A stretch of DNA of 64,000 bases, taken from NCBI RefSeq assembly GCF_009914755.1, contig NC_060948.1, one strand, 5' to 3'. Position numbers and translations under genes: made by a program. Shown piece by piece: positions 56,879 to 64,000 of this stretch (within the stretch, counting starts at the first letter, position 1; every line of letters starts with the position of its first letter). Source of the DNA: the human T2T-CHM13v2.0 reference genome, Homo sapiens. Under the pieces are notes generated by a model. The model was not told where the DNA came from. It made no database searches and worked only from the letters and a program-made list of their open reading frames with translations.

Positions 56879-59800
56879 GGAATGGATTCGAATGGAAGGC
56901 AAAGGAATGGAATCTATTGGAATGGACTGTAATGGAATGGAATGGAAGGGATTGGAATGGACTCGAATGGAATGGACTGCAATAGAAAGGATTCGAATGG
57001 AATGAAAAAGAATTGAATGGAATAGAACAGAATGGAATCAAATCGAATGAAATGGAATGGAATAGAAAGGAATGGAATGAAATGGAATGGAAAGGATTCG
57101 AATGGAATGCAATCGAATGGAATGGAATCGAACGGAATGGAATAAAATGGAAGAAAACTGGCAAGAAATGGAATCGAAATGAATGGAGTGTTATGGAACG
57201 GACTCAAAAGGAATTGAATGTAATAGAATGGAGTGGAGTGGACTCGAATATAATGGACTGGAATGGAATGAAATCACACGGAATGGGAACGAATGGAATG
57301 GAATGGAAAGGAATGGAATCGAATGGAAAGGAATCGAATGGAAGGGAATGAAATTGAATCAACAGGAATGGAAGGGAATAGAATAGACGGTAATGGAATG
57401 GACTCGAATAGAATGGACACGAATGCTCAAATTGAATGGACTCCAATGGAATGGAAACGAAAGGAATGTCATCGAATAGAATTGAATCGACTGGAATGAA
57501 ATCGCAAGAATGGAGTGGAATCAAATGGAATTGAATCGAAAGGAAAGGAAGCGAATGGACTGAAATGAAATGGAATGGAATTGAATGGAAAGTAATGCAA
57601 TGGAATAGAATGGAACGAAATTTCACGGAATGGAATCAAACTGAAAGGAATCAAATCAATGGAATCTAATCAAATGGAATGGAAAGGATTTGAATGGAGT
57701 AGATTGGATTGGATGGGATTGGAGTGAAATGTACTGGAAAGGACTCGAATTTCATGAAACGGAATGGAATGAATTGGAACGGAATGGACTCGAATGGAAT
57801 GGAATGTCATGGAATGGCATCAAATGGAATGGCATCAAATGGAATGGAATCGAATGCAATGGAATGCTATGGAATGGAATGGAATGCATTGGAATGGAAT
57901 GTCCTCTAATGGAATGGATTCGAGTGGAATGGAATCGAATATAAAGGAGTCGAATGAAATGGAATTGAAAGGAATGGGATCGAATACAATGGAATATGCT
58001 GGAATGTAATGTAATGAACTCGAATGTAATTGACTGGAATGGAATGTACATGAATGGAATGTAATCGAATGGAAAGTAATCCAATGTAATAGAATCTAAT
58101 GCAATAAAATCGACTCAGATAGAGTAGAATGTAATGGAATGGAGTGTAGTACAATGGAATGGAATGGAATGCAATGGAATGGAATGGAATGGAATGGAAT
58201 GGAATGGAATGGAAAGGAATGGGATGGAATGGGATGGAATGGTATGGAATGGATAGTAATGGACTGGAGTGAAATGGACTGGAAAGGAATGGACTCAAAT
58301 TGAAAGGGCTCGAAAGGAATGGAGTCAAATGGAATGGTCTGGAATGGAATGAACACGAATGTAATGCAATCCAATAGAATGGAATCGAATGGCATGGAAT
58401 ATAAAGAAATGGAATCGAAGAGAATGGAAACAAATGGAATGGAATTGTATGGAATGGAATTGAATGGAATGGGAACGAATGGAGTGAAATTGTATGCAGT
58501 AGAAGGGAATAGAATGGAATGCAAGCGAAAGGAAAGGAATGGATTGGAATGGAAAGGAATTCATTGGAATGGAAGGGAATGTAGTGTAATGGACAGGCCT
58601 GGAATAAAGTGGAATGCTACGGTCTCGAATGGAATAAAAATGTATGGAATGGAATGCAATGAAACGGAATCGAATGTCATAGAATGTAATGGAATGCAAA
58701 AAAATGGAATCCAAAATCATTGACTGGAAAGGCTGGGTGTCGAAAGGAATTGACTCCAATGGTATGGAATCGAATGGAATGGAAGTGAATAGAATCGAAC
58801 TAAATCGAATGGAATGGAATTGATAGGAACGGAATGGAAAGGAATGCAATGAATTGGCATGGAATGGAATCGAATGGTATCGAATGGAATGGAATGGAAT
58901 GCAATGGAATGGAATGTATTAGAATGTAATGAACTTTAATGGAATGTACTCGAATGGATTCGACTGGAATGGAATGTTCTGGAAGTGAATGGACTCCAAT
59001 GGAATGGATTCAAAAGGAATGGAATCGTACGGAATGGAATCTAATGGAATGGAATTAAATGGAAATGAATCAAATTGAATAGCACGGAATTGAATTGAAT
59101 GGAATGGAATGCAATGGAATCTAATGAAACGGAAAGGAAAGGAATGGAATGGAATGGAATGGGCTGGAATGGAAAGGAATCGAAACGAATGGAATGGAAT
59201 CGAACTGAAGAGACTGGAATGGAATGCACTGGAATGGAAGGGAGTGTAATGGAAGGTTCTCGAAAAAAATGGAATCGAATGGAATGGAATTGAATGGAAC
59301 GGAATAGAGTCGAATGGAATTGAATGGAATGGAATGGACTAGAGTGAAATGGAATCGAACCACAAGGAATGGACAGGAATAGAATGGTCTCGAATTGAAT
59401 GGAATCGTATGGAATGGCATCAAACGGAATGGAATGGACAGCCACGGAATGGAATGCACTCGAATGCAATGGAGTCGAAACTAATGGACTGGAATAGAAT
59501 GGACTCGACTGGTACGGACTCCAATGGAATGGAATCGAATGGAAGGGAATCGAACGGAATGGACTCGAAGGGAAAAGACTGCAATGGAAAGGTCTCGAAT
59601 GGAATGGAAATTAATGGAATGGAATGGAATCGAATGAAATGGAGTCAAAAGGAATGGAATCGAATGGCAAGAAATCGAATGTAATGGAATCGCAAGGAAT
59701 TGATGTGAACGGAACGGAATGGAATGGAATCCAAAGGAATGGAATAGAATGGAATGGAATCGAATGGAAAGGACTCGAATGGAAATCACTCGAATAGAAT

Positions 59801-60451
59801 GCAATTTAATAAAATAGGATCAAATGGAATGGAATGGAATGGAAAGGAATCGAAACGAAAGGAATGGAGACAGATGGAATGGAATGGAACAGAGAGCAAT
59901 GGTATAGAATGGAATGGAATCATCTGGAATGGAATTGAATGGAATGGAATAATATGAAATGGAATGGAATGGAATGGAATGGAATGCCCTTGAATTAAAT
60001 GGACTGGAATGGAATGGACTCGAACAGAGTGGAATGGAAAGTGTTGAGATAGAATGGAATGGACTCCTTTGGAATGGTGTAGTATGCAATGCAATCGACT
60101 GGCAGGGAATCAAAAGGAATGTAATCGAATGGATTGGACTGGAATGCAATGGACTCGAATAGATTGGAAACGGAATGCAAAGGAATGGAATGGAATAGTA
60201 TGGAATGGAATGGAAAGGAATGGAGTGGAATAGACTAGAGTGGAATGGAATGGACTGGAAAGCAATGGACTGGAATGGAACTTTCTTGAATGGACTGGAA
60301 TCAAACGGAATGGAATGCAATGCAATCAAATGGCATGGAATAAAATAGAATGAAAGAGAATCAAATGGAATTGAATCGAATGGAATCGAATGGATTGGAA
60401 AGGAATAGAATGGAATGGAATGGAATTGACTCAAATGGAATGGACTAGAAT
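56879..60451. repeat. DYZ1 unit 17 (3573 bp)
   Basis: Anchor at 56879; GGCC at 58596. Confidence 0.92.
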
Positions 60452-63400
60452 GGAATGGATTCGAATGGAAGGCAAAGGAATGGAATCTATTGGAATGGAC
60501 TGTAATGGAATGGAATGGAAGGGATTGGAATGGACTCGAATGGAATGGACTGCAATAGAAAGGATTCGAATGGAATGAAAAAGAATTGAATGGAATAGAA
60601 CAGAATGGAATCAAATCGAATGAAATGGAATGGAATAGAAAGGAATGGAATGAAATGGAATGGAAAGGATTCGAATGGAATGCAATCGAATGGAATGGAA
60701 TCGAACGGAATGGAATAAAATGGAAGAAAACTGGCAAGAAATGGAATCGAAATGAATGGAGTGTTATGGAACGGACTCAAAAGGAATTGAATGTAATAGA
60801 ATGGAGTGGAGTGGACTCGAATATAATGGACTGGAATGGAATGAAATCACAAGGAATGGGATCGAATGGAATGGAATGGAAAGGAATGGAATCGAATGGA
60901 AAGGAATCGAATGGAAGGGAATGAAAGTGAATCAACAGGAATGGAAGGGAATAGAGTAGACGGTAATGGAATGGACTCGAATAGAATGGACACGAATGCT
61001 CAAATTGAATGGACTCGAATGGAATGGAAACGAAAGGAATGTCATCGAATGGAATTGAATGGATTGGAATGAAATCGCATAGAATGGAGTGGAATCAAAT
61101 GGAATTGAATCGAAAGGAAAGGAAGCGAATGGACTGAAATGAAATGGAATGGAATTGAATGGAAAGTAATGCAATGGAATAGAATGGAACGAAATTTCAC
61201 GGAATGGAATCAAACTGAATGGAATCAAATCAATGGAATCAAATCAAATGGAATGGAAAGGAATTGAATGGAGTAGATTGGATTGGATGGGATTGGAATG
61301 AAATGTACTGGAAAGGACTCGAATTTCATGAAACGGAATGGAATGAATTGGAACGGAATGGACTCGAATGGAATGGAATGTCATGGAATGGCATCAAATG
61401 GAATGGCATCAAATGGAATGGAATCGAATGCAATGGAATGCTATGGAATGGAATGGAATGCATTGGAATGGAATGTCCTGTAATGGAATGGATTCGAGTG
61501 GAATGGAATCGAATATAATGGAGTCGAATGAAATGGAATTGAAAGGAATGGGATCGAATACAATGGAATATACTGGAATGTAATGTAATGAACTCGAATG
61601 TAATTGACTGGAATGGAATGTACATGAATGGAATGTAATCGAATGGAAAGTAATCCAATGGAATAGAATCTAATGCAATAAAATCGACTCAGATAGAGTA
61701 GAATGTAATGGAATGGAGTGCAGTGCAATGGAATGGAATGGAATGGAATGCAATGGAATGGAATGGAATGGAATGGAATGGAATGGAATGGGATGGAATG
61801 GGATGGAATGGATAGTAATGGACTGGAGTGAAATGGACTGGAAAGGAATGGACTCAAATTGAAAGGGCTCGAAAGGAATGGAGTCAAATGGAATGGTCTG
61901 GAATGGAATGAACACGAATGTAATGCAATCCAATAGAATGGAATCGAATGGCATGGAATATAAAGAAATGGAATCGAAGAGAATGGAAACAAATGGAATG
62001 GAATTGAATGGAATGGAATTGAATGGAATGGGAACGAATGGAGTGAAATTGTATGCAGTAGAAGGGAATAGAATGGAATGCAAGCGAAAGGAAAGGAATG
62101 GATTGGAATGGAATGGAATTCATTGGAATGGAAGGGAATGTAGTGTAATGGACAGGCCTGGAATAAAGTGGAATGCTACGGTCTCGAATGGAATAAAAAT
62201 GTATGGAATGGAATGCAATGAAACGGAATCGAATGTCATAGAATGTAATGGAATGCAAAAAAATGGAATCCAAAATCATTGACTGGAAAGGCTGGGTGTC
62301 GAAAGGAATTGACTCCAATGGAATGGAATCGAATGGAATGGAAGTGAATAGAATCGAACTAAATCGAATGGAATGGAATTGATAGGAACGGAATGGAAAG
62401 GAATGCAATGATTTGGCATGGAATGGAATCGAATGGCATCGAATGGAATGGAATGGAATGCAATGGAATGGAATGTATTAGAATGTAATGAACTTTAATG
62501 GAACGTACTCGAATGGATTCGACTGGAATGGAATGTTCTGGAAGTGAATGGACTCCAATGGAATGGATTCAAAAGGAATGGAATCGTACGGAATGGAATC
62601 TAATGGAATGGAATTAAATGGAAATGAATCAAATTGAATAGCACGGAATTGAATTGAATGGAATGGAATGCAATGGAATCTAATGAAACGGAAAGGAAAG
62701 GAATGGAATGGAATGGAATGGGCTGGAATGGAAAGGAATCGAAACGAATGGAATGGAATCGAACTGAAGAGACTGGAATGGAATGCACTGGAATGGAAGG
62801 GAGTGTAATGGAAGGTTCTCGAAAAAAATGGAATCGAATGGAATGGAATTGAATGGAACGGAATAGAGTCGAATGGAATTGAATGGAATGGAATGGACTA
62901 GAGTGAAATGGAATCGAACCACAAGGAATGGACAGGAATAGAATGGTCTCGAATTGAATGGAATCGTATGGAATGGCATCAAACGGAATGGAATGGACAG
63001 CCACGGAATGGAATGCACTCGAATGCAATGGAGTCGAAACTAATGGACTGGAATAGAATGGACTCGACTGGTACGGACTCCAATGGAATGGAATCGAATG
63101 GAAGGGAATCGAACGGAATGGACTCGAAGGGAAAAGACTGCAATGGAAAGGTCTCGAATGGAATGGAAATTAATGGAATGGAATGGAATCGAATGAAATG
63201 GAGTCAAAAGGAATGGAATCGAATGGCAAGAAATCGAATGTAATGGAATCGCAAGGAATTGATGTGAACGGAACGGAATGGAATGGAATCCAAAGGAATG
63301 GAATAGAATGGAATGGAATCGAATGGAAAGGACTCGAATGGAAATCACTCGAATAGAATGCAATTTAATAAAATAGGATCAAATGTAATGGAATGGAATG

Positions 63401-64000
63401 GAAAGGAATCGAAACGAAAGGAATGGAGACAGATGGAATGGAATGGAACAGAGTGCAATGGTATAGAATGGAATGGAATCATCTGGAATGGAATTGAATG
63501 GAATGGAATAATATGAAATGGAATGGAATGGAATGGAATGGAATGCCCTTGAATTAAATGGACTGGAATGGAATGGACTCGAACAGAGTGGAATGGAAAG
63601 TGTTGAGATAGAATGGAATGGACTCCTTTGGAATGGTGTAGTATGCAATGCAATCGACTGGCAGGGAATCAAAAGGAATGTAATGGAATGGATTGGACTG
63701 GAATGCAATGGACTCGAATAGATTGGAAACGGAATGCAAAGGAATGGAATGGAATAGTATGGAATGGAATGGAAAGGAATGGAGTGGAATAGACTAGAGT
63801 GGAATGGAATGGACTGGAAAGCAATGGACTGGAATGGAACTTTCTTGAATGGACTGGAATCAAACGGAATGGAATGCAATGCAATCAAATGGCATGGAAT
63901 AAAATAGAATGAAAGAGAATCAAATGGAATTGAATCGAATGGAATCGAATGGATTGGAAAGGAATAGAACGGAATGGAATGGAATTGACTCAAATGGAAT
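60452..64000. repeat. DYZ1 unit 18 (truncated ~10 bp short by window end)
   Basis: Anchor at 60452; GGCC at 62155. Confidence 0.92.

Larger units (their letters stand above)
1..64000. repeat. DYZ1: Human Satellite III array, DYZ1 (HSat3A6) type, Yq12 heterochromatin; diverged (GGAAT)n pentamers in ~3.55 kb tandem units, GGAAT strand on +
   Basis: Entire window is GGAAT plus variants (CGAAT, GGACT, TGAAT, GCAAT, AGAAT). The landmark GGACAGGCCT recurs with GGCC (HaeIII) at 1704, 5253, 8792, 12331, 15879, 19433, 22981, 26530, 30069, 33642, 37215, 40774, 44313, 47882, 51449, 55013, 58596 and 62155. Spacings are 3539-3583 bp (mean ~3556); 51449-55013 is 3564 bp, the length I recall for the classical DYZ1 unit. 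One shared EcoRI site per unit (1665-1670 in unit 1). Confidence 0.96.

Noticed and set aside
36-63993. Hundreds of ORFs of 60-313 aa (MEWNG- and HSIPF-rich), e.g. 9982-10923 (-) and the recurring 305-aa minus-strand ORFs
   Set aside because: Pure (GGAAT)n and (ATTCC)n have no stop codon in any frame, so these are direct translations of the pentamer. They overlap in several frames, recur every unit, are broken by 5-bp indels and show no recognisable domain.
1-64000. CRISPR-like or repeat-spacer array
   Set aside because: No constant repeat separated by unique spacers; all sequence is pentamer-derived and repeats at 3.55 kb.
1-64000. DYZ2/HSat1B blocks, Alu/L1 insertions or strand inversions known from Yq12
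   Set aside because: No AT-rich 2.4 kb unit, no Alu or poly(A) tract and no switch to the CATTC strand anywhere in the window.
1-64000. HSat2 or a non-Y HSat3 array (e.g. chromosome 9 or acrocentric)
   Set aside because: The frequent ATCATCGAATGG-type motif of those arrays is rare here; the ~3.56 kb period and DYZ1 landmark sequences point to Yq12. A database alignment would settle it.

Overview
The whole 64 kb window is one uninterrupted, single-orientation human Satellite III array. The + strand is the purine-rich (GGAAT)n strand, built from 18 head-to-tail copies of a ~3.55 kb unit (the last lacks ~10 bp). Unit length, one HaeIII/StuI site and one shared EcoRI site per unit, and exact matches to DYZ1 sexing-PCR primer sequences recalled from memory identify it as DYZ1 (HSat3A6) of Yq12 heterochromatin. 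I see no genes, RNA genes, transposons, DYZ2/HSat1B blocks or inversions, and all ORFs are pentamer-translation artefacts. The informative signal lies in the variation between units: three perfect heat-shock elements (nGAAnnTTCnnGAAn) per unit, a ~14.2 kb four-unit duplication, a strongly diverged ~2.8 kb segment, a left/right sub-array boundary near 26.4-30 kb, recent tandem and dispersed duplications, and two slippage hot-spots. All variant comparisons were made by eye and need alignment to confirm. I found no novel protein-coding system.
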